The notes under the pieces: generated by a model | What the model was told of the DNA's origin: nothing | Database searches by the model: none | The model's input: only the letters and a program-made list of their open reading frames with translations | In this document: in pieces, positions 1 through 8,587 of the stretch | Layout: each line of letters opens with the position of its first letter | How positions within the stretch are numbered: the stretch's first letter is position 1 | Translations under genes and position numbers: made by a program | From: a virus | Length of the DNA: 64,000 nucleotides | Strand: one strand, 5' to 3' | IMG/VR virus record: IMGVR_UViG_3300028734_000012 | Coordinates: 1-64,000 of that record

Positions 1-116
1 ATGAATCAAGATTCATATTACAATGTGAACTATCTATATGCAAAAAAATTCCTATTTGATGAACCCAAAAATAATTGAAACCCAAAAAAAGGATGGCTAT
101 TCGCCACCCCTAATTT
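1..116. repeat. 116-bp inverted duplicate of 33176..33291 (terminator + palindrome module); may extend beyond window start
   Basis: Exact reverse complement read directly. Confidence 0.95.
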
Positions 117-571
117 TATCTTATTGCAAGGATATTCATTGCCTTAATTGTAAGCACTTCTGGAACTTTTTCAGTACTAGGAAATGCAGATTTAACACAC
201 AATGGAATACACTGTTCTTTAGTTGCCAATCTGCCATTAATACGATACTCCGTATGAAGTTTCGCTCCGTGAACCAATGCAACCCTCAAATAATGTACAC
301 CCTTATGGGATATAAAGTAGGGATACTCGTCCCATTCTCCCCATTGAAGCCCCGCATTTTTTGTGGGTAATACTCCGAGTTGCCTGTCCACTTTTACAGC
401 ACCAATATTGTCATATTCTACACCACAACGAACAATACCCCTTGTCCTCTTTGTTACAATGTATTCAGATTTTAATGGCGCACGAACATCCAAGTCATGC
501 TCCCAAACAATGCTACTGAACGCACCTTTTTGTTTTTTCATCACAACGCTTTTTAAAGTCCTTAATTCCAT
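116..571 (-). CDS. hypothetical phage protein
   Basis: ORF in co-oriented block, RBS, terminator follows. Confidence 0.75.
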   Translation of the reverse strand: MELRTLKSVVMKKQKGAFSSIVWEHDLDVRAPLKSEYIVTKRTRGIVRCGVEYDNIGAVKVDRQLGVLPTKNAGLQWGEWDEYPYFISHKGVHYLRVALVHGAKLHTEYRINGRLATKEQCIPLCVKSAFPSTEKVPEVLTIKAMNILAIR

Positions 572-575
572 TTTG

Positions 576-938
576 TTACTCCTTTATACTTATGTCAACT
601 ACAGCTACAGTTAATATTGTTTCAAAACTGTTAGCTTCAAAAAAATTGCCATATCCATGATATACTTCTGACAAAATATTGAGATTTTCGTCAATTCTTT
701 GCCAATACCAAAAATTAGATAATCTGCCGTTAGATAACCAATTTCCAGATTTTATTAATGATAAATAAAGTTCCTTACTTTCACTATCATAATAATATAC
801 TGCTGAATTTTGTTTTGGCTCACATTCTGGCTTAATTTCAGTACCGTCATTAAGGACTACAACTTCATGAGTATACCCATAACCATTTTTTTTATCTTGT
901 AAAACAAAATCTGTATTAAGAATCATGGTTTTTTTCAT
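576..938 (-). CDS. hypothetical protein
   Basis: ORF, RBS, overlaps upstream stop. Confidence 0.75.
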   Translation of the reverse strand: MKKTMILNTDFVLQDKKNGYGYTHEVVVLNDGTEIKPECEPKQNSAVYYYDSESKELYLSLIKSGNWLSNGRLSNFWYWQRIDENLNILSEVYHGYGNFFEANSFETILTVAVVDISIKE

Positions 939-1270
939 TTTGCTTCTCCTTTTATCTCGATACGATGACCAAGGGCGATTGAGATTTCATCCAAAGTCAT
1001 TTTTATTGGTTTTAACTGTCTCCATGTGTAGCCCTCTTGATTAAACAAAAGTTTACCGCCAATGCAATGCTCATCAACTTTGTTTTGTGGACGAATAACA
1101 GCTAAGATTTTCTTATCTACGCCGATTTCACCATAATCATTCAAGTTAACCCAATCATATCCATCTTTAGGGTTATAAGCTAAAGTACTTTCTGTGCGGT
1201 AAATCTTTTTTTCATGACGACATTTAATAACAATAAAGTCTCCATTTTGTAAGTCTGCTTTTGTAAACAT
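935..1270 (-). CDS. hypothetical phage protein
   Basis: GAGGT RBS, own promoter, C-terminal MTLDEI..LG..IEI motif common in phage proteins. Confidence 0.75.
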   Translation of the reverse strand: MFTKADLQNGDFIVIKCRHEKKIYRTESTLAYNPKDGYDWVNLNDYGEIGVDKKILAVIRPQNKVDEHCIGGKLLFNQEGYTWRQLKPIKMTLDEISIALGHRIEIKGEAK

Positions 1271-1305
1271 ATTATTTACCTCATATTCTTTTCTTTTGTA
1301 ACCAT

Positions 1306-1334
1306 ATTATAACACCTTAATTCGTATTTGTCAA
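1306..1334 (-). promoter_or_regulatory. SigA-type promoter, representative of dozens of TTTACTTGACAAAT-type promoters
   Basis: TTGACA-N17-TATAAT. Confidence 0.85.
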
Positions 1335-1405
1335 GTAAATATTGATATTATTATATGTATTTTAAAAATAAATATGTAAATAAAAAGTACATTTTATATG
1401 TTAAA

Positions 1406-1795
1406 TTAAGAAACGTATTTATGAGTGTTTAACGTAGCGTGTAAGTCCTTACAAGCGTTCAACCATGCTGTCTTAACGAATATATCATTGTCGTATGTAA
1501 CAAAGTACACGACTGAAATATCATTGAATGCGTTAAAGTTATAACGAACTGCAACTTTTGACACCTTACCATTTTCAATCAGAATTTCAAAAGGTTCTGC
1601 ATCCTTTATATTGTAATATGAAATTACGTCAACATCATACATTCTTCTCCAAGTTGTTTCGTTCATTTGCTTACAATGCATACTAAGGATTATCTTGTGG
1701 TTTAATGCTCTTGTTATGTAATTATCTATCATTTTAGTAAATTCTGGTAGCCATAGTACGTCCTTATGGTATAGTCCATCGGTCATTTTAATCAT
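1406..1795 (-). CDS. hypothetical protein, possibly DUF4258/RelE-like fold
   Basis: S-x-H helix motif and C-terminal VKTAW strand; weak. Confidence 0.45.
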   Translation of the reverse strand: MIKMTDGLYHKDVLWLPEFTKMIDNYITRALNHKIILSMHCKQMNETTWRRMYDVDVISYYNIKDAEPFEILIENGKVSKVAVRYNFNAFNDISVVYFVTYDNDIFVKTAWLNACKDLHATLNTHKYVS

Positions 1796-1841
1796 CCTTT
1801 TATATTATAATATGAATCTATTCTAATAAAAAAAATAGATG

Positions 1842-2102
1842 TTACTCTACTTTTTCTTCTCTGTATGTAATATTAATGCTGTCATCCAAAGTGTGTTTAA
1901 TTACATCAAATGTTATAGATTTGTATCTGTAAACATCCACACTTAATATTGCAAATGTTGCGATAATATTTGATTTGCCGTCACCCTTAAAAAGCTGTCT
2001 CTCGCTATTTTCTTCAACTTGTTCACCGTATTTTTTTAGGAAAGTTTCCGCTTTAAGGAACTCCCCTTTATTGATTAAACTGGTGATTTTTTTTACAGTC
2101 AT
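1842..2102 (-). CDS. hypothetical protein
   Basis: ORF, RBS. Confidence 0.7.
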   Translation of the reverse strand: MTVKKITSLINKGEFLKAETFLKKYGEQVEENSERQLFKGDGKSNIIATFAILSVDVYRYKSITFDVIKHTLDDSINITYREEKVE

Positions 2103-2674
2103 CTGATTACCTCATTATCTCTCATTAATTTATAGAAAGGAATTGAAATTAAATCCTTCCTTAAAACATTATAATACTTATGTATTTTTGGGTCAGAAAA
2201 TTTGCACCAATTTGATTTTTCATCATTGACCAAGAATTTTCTCATCATAGTTGCAGAAATAGGGATACGACCTCTGTTGACAATAAACTCGCCAATATCC
2301 ATGATATCCTCTTTAGCGAACCACTTACTACGGCTTTCATCGTTGCCGTAAATCATGATATCCAAGGGAACATCTGTAATCCTCTTGACACTTGATAGAA
2401 CATATTTACCCCAATCTGGTGTAATGTCATCCTCTGTAGTTAGGTCATTTAAAGGCTTGACTGTTACACAACTATATGGGTAAATTTCTTTAATCATATC
2501 TACCCTTGTGCATACATCATATGGGTTACGCTCTGTGCCGTATTCTTGTGCCGAACCAACCAATATTAAGACGTTCTCACAAAGCTTTAATCCTGTCTCA
2601 ACTAAGTCTTCATGACCAATATGAACATGTTGAAACCTACCGCAAATTAGACCTAAATTATATGGTTTACTCAT
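2099..2674 (-). CDS. nadM: NMN/NaMN adenylyltransferase (NadM-like, HIGH nucleotidyltransferase)
   Basis: GRFQHVHIGH, GSAQ, RNP and ISAT motifs. Confidence 0.85.
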   Translation of the reverse strand: MSKPYNLGLICGRFQHVHIGHEDLVETGLKLCENVLILVGSAQEYGTERNPYDVCTRVDMIKEIYPYSCVTVKPLNDLTTEDDITPDWGKYVLSSVKRITDVPLDIMIYGNDESRSKWFAKEDIMDIGEFIVNRGRIPISATMMRKFLVNDEKSNWCKFSDPKIHKYYNVLRKDLISIPFYKLMRDNEVIR

Positions 2675-2689
2675 TGTTTCATCTCTCCT

Positions 2690-3127
2690 TTAAGAATCGT
2701 GAAAATCTCCAAGTATAACACCGTTTGGTGTTTCAGCAGTTATTTTTGTGATTGTTACGTTTTCTTTAGAAAAATTTCCGAATGCATGGAAACTTTCAAA
2801 TGTGCTTTCATTCGTAGCATAGTCATAGCAGATTTTTTGTGCATCTTCTTCTGAATCAGCCTTCACAACAAAAGCCCTAAATTCATCGTAGCTTGATTCA
2901 TCTTTTCTTCTTACCAAGAAAATTGAGATTTCCTTTGGTCGCTTTTTATAAAGTGTTAAATCTTTAGTTAGCAGTCTTGCTTCTGGATTAAATCCAAAAT
3001 TTACTATTGTAACATCACCACTACTTTGAAACCCAACAACCTTTCCAATATTGTCAAAAATAATAATTTCATCCCCAACTTCGATGTTAGGTTTTTTAAC
3101 ATGAGCCGCAATTTTAATTATCTTCAT
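2690..3127 (-). CDS. hypothetical protein
   Basis: ORF, RBS. Confidence 0.7.
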   Translation of the reverse strand: MKIIKIAAHVKKPNIEVGDEIIIFDNIGKVVGFQSSGDVTIVNFGFNPEARLLTKDLTLYKKRPKEISIFLVRRKDESSYDEFRAFVVKADSEEDAQKICYDYATNESTFESFHAFGNFSKENVTITKITAETPNGVILGDFHDS

Positions 3128-3140
3128 TTTTATCTCCCTT

Positions 3141-3368
3141 TCAAACTCTCCAAATTGGTTCTCTTAATAAATTGTCAGTTCCCATACCTTTTGCTAATTC
3201 TTTTCTGTCAACTGGATTAATTAATTCTAAGTTTTTTACGGCATATTGATGTTCTCCAAATAAGGTTAAACTTTCAATGCTGTCAGCGCTAATAATTCCA
3301 ACGACTATAAATAGTTTTTTACCATTTTTTTCTATATTTGTATCTCTAACAAATACTTCGCCCGTCAT
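3141..3368 (-). CDS. hypothetical protein
   Basis: ORF, AGGAG RBS. Confidence 0.7.
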   Translation of the reverse strand: MTGEVFVRDTNIEKNGKKLFIVVGIISADSIESLTLFGEHQYAVKNLELINPVDRKELAKGMGTDNLLREPIWRV

Positions 3369-3379
3369 TTTTTTTCTCC

Positions 3380-4246
3380 TTATCTTGTGTAGGTTTCTTT
3401 TGAATCAAATGTCATAGGATTTAAAAGAATAATTTGTTCGTGACCTTCTATCATAATTTCATCATCATGGATTTTCTCTGCCGTATGCGGTTCGTAAATG
3501 GTAATCAGATTAGTGAACATATTTGTTTCTTTATCATATTTCATAATAAGCCCAAAATCCTCTTCTATATAAATAGTAAATTCATCAAAATCAAAATTCC
3601 ATCCATGCTCTTTAATTTTAGAAAATTCTAAACCTTTGATATAATCTGTATGTTTACCCCATATATGATTCACTTTTTCTTTAATAGAATCAGTGAATAG
3701 ATTATAAATAAACACTTTGCCCTTTTTGCCGTCAGCAATGTTTTTAATCAATTCTTCTCTGAACTCTTTTGAAATTAACTTGCTTTTAACAAGTTCTGAA
3801 TCTTTAAAATATTTCCTATATGTTCTGAAAAATTTATCAGAAATATTTATATTATCCCAACGATACATATCTGAAATATGACAATCTTCATTCCCATCAT
3901 CATCTTTATAATGAGAAAATACTTCAATAATATCATCTTCTGATAAATCATTTTTGCGAGAACCTACCCAAGAATGTAAAGATATTAGATAGGAACTTTC
4001 ATCAAGAAATTTCATTGCCATTTCTTTATCAATTTTTTTACATGATGCAAAATCAAAACGGCAAGAACCAGTTCTGCTACAATTAGATAATTGTTTTCTA
4101 TATTTATAAATATTTTCTTTTGAAATATTTTCATCAAATATGAATGAACCTTTAAAATGAGAATCTACTTTTTCTTCTATATTAAGATAATCAAAAATCT
4201 TATCACCAATCTCTGCATAAATATCATCGAACATTTCTTTTTTCAT
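3380..4246 (-). CDS. hypothetical protein
   Basis: 288-aa ORF, RBS, own promoter. Confidence 0.75.
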   Translation of the reverse strand: MKKEMFDDIYAEIGDKIFDYLNIEEKVDSHFKGSFIFDENISKENIYKYRKQLSNCSRTGSCRFDFASCKKIDKEMAMKFLDESSYLISLHSWVGSRKNDLSEDDIIEVFSHYKDDDGNEDCHISDMYRWDNINISDKFFRTYRKYFKDSELVKSKLISKEFREELIKNIADGKKGKVFIYNLFTDSIKEKVNHIWGKHTDYIKGLEFSKIKEHGWNFDFDEFTIYIEEDFGLIMKYDKETNMFTNLITIYEPHTAEKIHDDEIMIEGHEQIILLNPMTFDSKETYTR

Positions 4247-4396
4247 TTGACTTACCTCTTTTCTTTTTGTAAGTATATTATAGCATTTATTATGTTATTT
4301 GTCAAGTAAATAAACAAATTAATTTTTTAATTAATATTATAATATGAATATCTAATTCTAAAAAAAAAGATGGAATATCTCTATTCCATCTTTTTG

Positions 4397-5467
4397 TTAT
4401 GCCGCTAATTTAGCTTTTTTATATTGCTGACTTTTCGCTTTCCCATCAGCATATTTCTTGAAAATTTCAATCAGCATTTTGCTTGTAGTCCTTGCTGACA
4501 CGGCATTGTAACTAGGAAGGAAATTTTCAATAATACAATCTAACATTTCCGTCCACATGCAAGTAAGTTCAAAGTATTGGTTGGCATTCACAAATTTAGA
4601 AAGTCTAAACTCAATCCTCTGTGTTTCGCTCAATGCAATCCAAGAACAATGGTCTGTGTAAGACGATTCTTTTTCAGCATAGTCAGTAAAGTATCTGCCG
4701 CATACTCTTTCTGTATCAGCCCTATTTGATTCCATATGGTTATAAAGTGGATTAAACAATTCATATGCATACTGCCTAATTTCAGATGTAGAATAAGCAT
4801 CGATATGTTCTGTGTCACCAATATTGATATGTTGACCACATGATTCATCCTCAAAACTAACATACTTATTGAATGAAGTGAATAGCTTTCTAAGCCCACG
4901 TAAGCCATTGTAAATTGGTGTTTTGAACTCTATGCCACTAGTACTTAAAGAGCCATCACAAGTAGGGATAAGCCCATATACGCTGTTAATCATCGAAAGT
5001 TTATCTTCATTAGAGTTTGGATAACATTCTAATTCAAACCCATATGTTTTATGGCTTTTTGTTGGCTTATGGATTTGATTTGTACTTTTTACGCTAGAAT
5101 TTTTTATTGAAGAACATGTACGGCATACATATTTTCCAGATGACGATTTACCGCAATGCCTTCTAGGTAAAATTTGGCTACAATTAGCGCATTTAACATC
5201 TTTAACTACATTAGAAGAAACAGGATGGACAACGCTTAGATGCTCAATCATATCTGTAGAAAATGTGTATCCAAATGATGGACTTATACTTATACGGCTA
5301 CCACAGATATAAACAATTTCTACCTCTTTCCCACAATATTGTTCCATGTTTGAGACAAAAGTACACCTACATGGGATTTCTCCCCCTCTTTCCCCAAATT
5401 CATTTACCATATCATCCCACTCACGAATACGAACCCTATCTCCAATTGTAAAATTCTTGTCTGTCAT
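4397..5467 (-). CDS. putative amidoligase (COOH-NH2 ligase type 2), subtype B, with N-terminal SH3-like and Zn-ribbon domains
   Basis: YGFELEC, DGSL, EFKTP, CGQHINIG, EFR motifs; CxxC pairs. Confidence 0.8.
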   Translation of the reverse strand: MTDKNFTIGDRVRIREWDDMVNEFGERGGEIPCRCTFVSNMEQYCGKEVEIVYICGSRISISPSFGYTFSTDMIEHLSVVHPVSSNVVKDVKCANCSQILPRRHCGKSSSGKYVCRTCSSIKNSSVKSTNQIHKPTKSHKTYGFELECYPNSNEDKLSMINSVYGLIPTCDGSLSTSGIEFKTPIYNGLRGLRKLFTSFNKYVSFEDESCGQHINIGDTEHIDAYSTSEIRQYAYELFNPLYNHMESNRADTERVCGRYFTDYAEKESSYTDHCSWIALSETQRIEFRLSKFVNANQYFELTCMWTEMLDCIIENFLPSYNAVSARTTSKMLIEIFKKYADGKAKSQQYKKAKLAA

Positions 5468-5726
5468 TTTGTACCTCTTTGTTTTTATTTATTTAATTTA
5501 TGTTTATATTATATATCTTTTCAATTATTTTGTCAAGTAAAATAACAATAAAGATAATATTTTATATATTGTAATATGAATTGAATTATCCCTTTATATT
5601 ATAATATGAAAATATGCATATAAAAAATATAGAGAACCAACATTTCCCTAACGAAAATGCAGTTCTCTATATTCCCAAAAAAGAAAAGAGGTTTTGATAC
5701 CAAAGCGTATCAAGTCTAGTAATAAA

Positions 5727-5813
5727 TGGTAGGCGCGGTGGGACTTGAACCCACAAGGTATTTCTACCACAGGATTTTAAGTCCTGTGCGTTTGCCAATT
5801 TCACCACGCGCCC
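5727..5813 (-). tRNA. tRNA-Leu(TAA)
   Basis: Cloverleaf, CAGGA-CTTAAAA-TCCTG, long variable arm, encoded CCA. Confidence 0.95.
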
Positions 5814-5885
5814 ATATAAAACATAGATTTTGTTCCGTAATCACAATAAAGGTTGGTTGATACGAACAAATAGTTCTATGTTTGT

Positions 5886-5975
5886 TGGCGGAAGATACAG
5901 GATTTGAACCTGTGGATGGTTTTAGCCATCACTTGTTCAGCAAACAAGCGCGATAATCCGCTCTGCCAATCTTCC
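5886..5975 (-). tRNA. tRNA-Ser(GCT)
   Basis: CTTGT-TTGCTGA-ACAAG, long variable arm, GCCA end. Confidence 0.93.
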
Positions 5976-6144
5976 GTATATACGCAACTAATCAGTAATT
6001 GCTACTGTCTACAATCTTAGCTTTGTTTCGATATTTTCGGAACGGCTTACTTGCCACTAAAATCTGATAGAACGACTTGTCATAGTCCATCGTATTCGCC
6101 TTACCATCGGCTTCTATCTATTTTTTACCACCTATGAATGGGGT

Positions 6145-6237
6145 TGGTGGGAAATACAAGATTCGAACTTGTGATGCTTTCGCATACGCTCCGCTTATTC
6201 AGCTAGAGTGTGTATTAACCCGCTCTACCAATTTCCC
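6145..6237 (-). tRNA. atypical type II tRNA with expanded anticodon arm (identity undetermined)
   Basis: Acceptor GGGAAAT/ATTTCCC, D arm, T arm, variable arm and ACCA present; 14-nt anticodon loop. Confidence 0.7.
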
Positions 6238-6437
6238 GTATACACCACAAAAGCAGTTGTGGTCACTGTATCCATTAAATTTTCAAGCACCATTACTGCG
6301 TATGAGCATTCATGTATTTGCACTCATAAACCACAATATTAAGTAACGTTTCCATAAAATTTCAATATTATGTCTGTATCCATAATCCTCGCGCTTACCT
6401 AGCGCATTTAGAAATTTTACCATAATACAGTTGGGGA

Positions 6438-6514
6438 TGGTGGATACTACAGGACTTGAACCTGTGACCTTTACATTATGAGTGTACCGCACTAACCATC
6501 TGTGCTAAGTATCC
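6438..6514 (-). tRNA. tRNA-Ile2/Met(CAT)
   Basis: CT-CAT-AA loop; body resembles Firmicute lysidine tRNA-Ile2; ACCA end. Confidence 0.9.
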
Positions 6515-6599
6515 ATTTGTATAGATAATTAGTAGTAATAACTACCTATAGACGAGAAACAATGAAAAAATAATCTAGCAATTTATAGCTTTAAGCTAT

Positions 6600-6673
6600 T
6601 GGCGGGAGATAGCAGAATCGGACTGCTGTACCACGGGTCAAAGCCGTGTACACTACCATTGTGTTAATCCCCA
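6600..6673 (-). tRNA. tRNA-Gln(TTG)
   Basis: CACGG-CTTTGAC-CCGTG, GCCA end, variant T loop. Confidence 0.88.
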
Positions 6674-6680
6674 TTATAAA

Positions 6681-6781
6681 AGTACATCAAAAGTTTTCCC
6701 TACTTAAACTAAATATCACAAGCCGTATTTACTACAACTTACAGTCACTAAAGGATTCGAACCTTTATTTTTGATGTACCC
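6681..6781 (-). ncRNA. circularly permuted tRNA mimic (YrlA/Y-RNA-like topology)
   Basis: 11-bp terminal stem, then T arm, loop-closed acceptor-like stem, then D arm. Confidence 0.6.
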
Positions 6782-6784
6782 ATT

Positions 6785-6860
6785 TGGTACATTGGTAAGG
6801 TAATATTTCAACCTTTCGGACACGATACTGCCGCGTACCAGATGCCCTATTAACCAATAT
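6785..6860 (-). ncRNA. putative structured small RNA, three-way junction ending in ACCA
   Basis: ATATTGGT/ACCAATGT closing stem, two internal hairpins, abuts CCA of the upstream tRNA. Confidence 0.4.
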
Positions 6861-6935
6861 TGGCGGAAGTATTCGGACTTGAACCGAAAACTTATTGGGT
6901 AAGAACCAATTACTCTACAATTGAGTTATACTTCC
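6861..6935 (-). tRNA. tRNA-Lys(CTT), atypical G discriminator
   Basis: ATTGG-TTCTTAC-CCAAT, GCCA end. Confidence 0.82.
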
Positions 6936-7018
6936 ATTTTGGTTGGCAGTATTTCTACTACTTCCAACCATGCTAAGAAAAACTAAAATATTGTATATAA
7001 CTTATGGGTATTACCCAT

Positions 7019-7093
7019 TGGTGCGCCCACAGAGATTCGAACTCTGATTTGTAGGTTAAAAGCCCACTACTCTAGCCGTTGAGTTATAAGCGC
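7019..7093 (-). tRNA. tRNA-Lys(TTT)
   Basis: GTGGG-CTTTTAA-CCTAC, ACCA end. Confidence 0.93.
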
Positions 7094-7177
7094 ATGTAAA
7101 TTGGTAACAGCCAAATATTACCAATCTCATATCTGTTTCTTTACGGTTGGTTGAAAGAAATAGACAAAGAAAGCGGG

Positions 7178-7265
7178 TGGTGACACAAGATGGATTCGAA
7201 CCATCGTACCTAGTTAAAGGAGCGGGTTTACAGCCCGCCGTAGTTGACCACTGTACCACTGTGCC
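7178..7265 (-). tRNA. tRNA-Tyr(GTA)
   Basis: GCGGG-CTGTAAA-CCCGC, long variable arm, ACCA end. Confidence 0.95.
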
Positions 7266-7272
7266 ATAAAGA

Positions 7273-7345
7273 TGCAAAATATAGGATTCGAACCTATCCC
7301 TGTCGGTCTCCACGACCAACCGCTCTCCCTCTAAGCTATTCTTGC
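7273..7345 (-). tRNA. atypical tRNA with extended anticodon arm, no encoded CCA
   Basis: Normal D and T arms; GTTGGTC-GTGGA-GACCGAC anticodon arm. Confidence 0.65.
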
Positions 7346-7670
7346 AAATATGACGGCATTTAATATATAGGTTACGCTATATATGATGGTTGCCGTCTAA
7401 CCATTTCATTCGGTAACTGGTAGCGGTATAATAAATCGCCACCAAATTGCCCATCTTATAATCTATATTATTATTGTTTTTAATTTATGAACGTATTCAA
7501 AATTTAAATTATAGATACCCAAACAATATTAGATTATATATCCAAGGGGTACATAAGCTATTAGCGCAAGCCATTGTTTACATACTACATGATTCATGAC
7601 AAATATATCGCCATGATACAATTTTTAGGATTGCGAACCTATCTAAACCTTAAACGTGATAGTCCATAAA

Positions 7671-7706
7671 TTAATATGTAGGCGGTGGTCTAATTGTCCT
7701 ATCCAC
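7671..7706 (-). CDS. putative 11-aa leader micro-ORF MDRTIRPPPTY
   Basis: GAGGT RBS 8 nt before GTG, just after the tRNA-operon promoter. Confidence 0.4.
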   Translation of the reverse strand: MDRTIRPPPTY

Positions 7707-7745
7707 TCTTTATTACCTCGTCTTTTCTTTTTTCTCTCTATATAT

Positions 7746-7774
7746 ATTATAGTATAATTTGTGGTGTTTGTCAA
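7746..7774 (-). promoter_or_regulatory. SigA-type promoter of the tRNA cluster
   Basis: TTGACA-N17-TATAAT. Confidence 0.85.
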
Positions 7775-7810
7775 GTAATTAAGTAAAGAATTTAAAAAAC
7801 TTTTTTTTAA

Positions 7811-8302
7811 TTAACCAATTGATTTTTCGTAAGTCTCAATCATTTTCTTTACCATATCTTTGCCGATAGAACTAGCGACTTTGACATTTCCGACAGCTTT
7901 ATCCAAATTAGCGGCTTCAACAACTTTTCTGACGGGTCTAACTTCAAAATCCGCAACCAGTCTTTCATTAATAACCGCCAACCGTTCGCTCAAAACCTCT
8001 TGTTCGGCTTTTTTATCAGCCAAATAACGTGCAATAGCTTTCGCTCTCGCCGTATTTATCTTAATCATCAGACGTTTAAGCGCTCTTTTTTTACCATCTT
8101 CTTCATCGAACACATCACCATCAGAAAAATTGCATCTTGATTTACCTTTGTAAGAATCGTGGATGTAGTATCTCTTATCGAAACATACACCCTCATCAGA
8201 TGTTGCCTTGATAATTGTGCCGATTGCATCATTTCTTGTTCTATCTAGGATTGCTTGTACAACTCCTGTTTCTTTGTTAACGATATAATGGACATTACTC
8301 AT
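7811..8302 (-). CDS. conserved-type phage hypothetical protein
   Basis: SRCNFSDGDVFDEEDGKKRALKR resembles common phage C..D.FD...G...A..R motif. Confidence 0.75.
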   Translation of the reverse strand: MSNVHYIVNKETGVVQAILDRTRNDAIGTIIKATSDEGVCFDKRYYIHDSYKGKSRCNFSDGDVFDEEDGKKRALKRLMIKINTARAKAIARYLADKKAEQEVLSERLAVINERLVADFEVRPVRKVVEAANLDKAVGNVKVASSIGKDMVKKMIETYEKSIG

Positions 8303-8392
8303 TTTGTTTGCTCCTTTATTTGTTTTATTTGGTAATTATATTATAGTATAATTTTACGCGTTTGTCAAGTAAATTAAGAATTTAATTTTTAA

Positions 8393-8587
8393 TTAACGGG
8401 AACAATTATAATAATTTTTAATGCATTGCTCTGTAACATTTAAATCTGTAAACTCGTCAATTACAATCGGCTCTGCATTATCAGCCGTGACCCCTCGTAT
8501 TTGATATCCACCAATTGTCGATTTGACAAATATTTTTGTAAATTCAGCGGCAACTAAGTCACCATCTAATCTAAATAGTACGCGCAT
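8393..8587 (-). CDS. hypothetical protein
   Basis: ORF, RBS. Confidence 0.65.
   Translation of the reverse strand: MRVLFRLDGDLVAAEFTKIFVKSTIGGYQIRGVTADNAEPIVIDEFTDLNVTEQCIKNYYNCSR

Noticed and set aside
38-370. ORFs 38..370 (+) and 33021..33254 (-) sharing an identical N-terminus
   Set aside because: Artefact of the 116-bp inverted duplication; both run antisense through a terminator and real genes
6145-6237. Amber suppressor tRNA (CT-CTA-GC loop)
   Set aside because: That register gives only two contiguous stem pairs and disrupts the D arm
6785-6860. Canonical hammerhead ribozyme
   Set aside because: The CUGANGA core is missing; kept only as an unclassified structured RNA
6134-7319. ORFs 6134..6346, 6310..6492 and 7056..7319
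   Set aside because: They overlap clear tRNA genes and show no protein features
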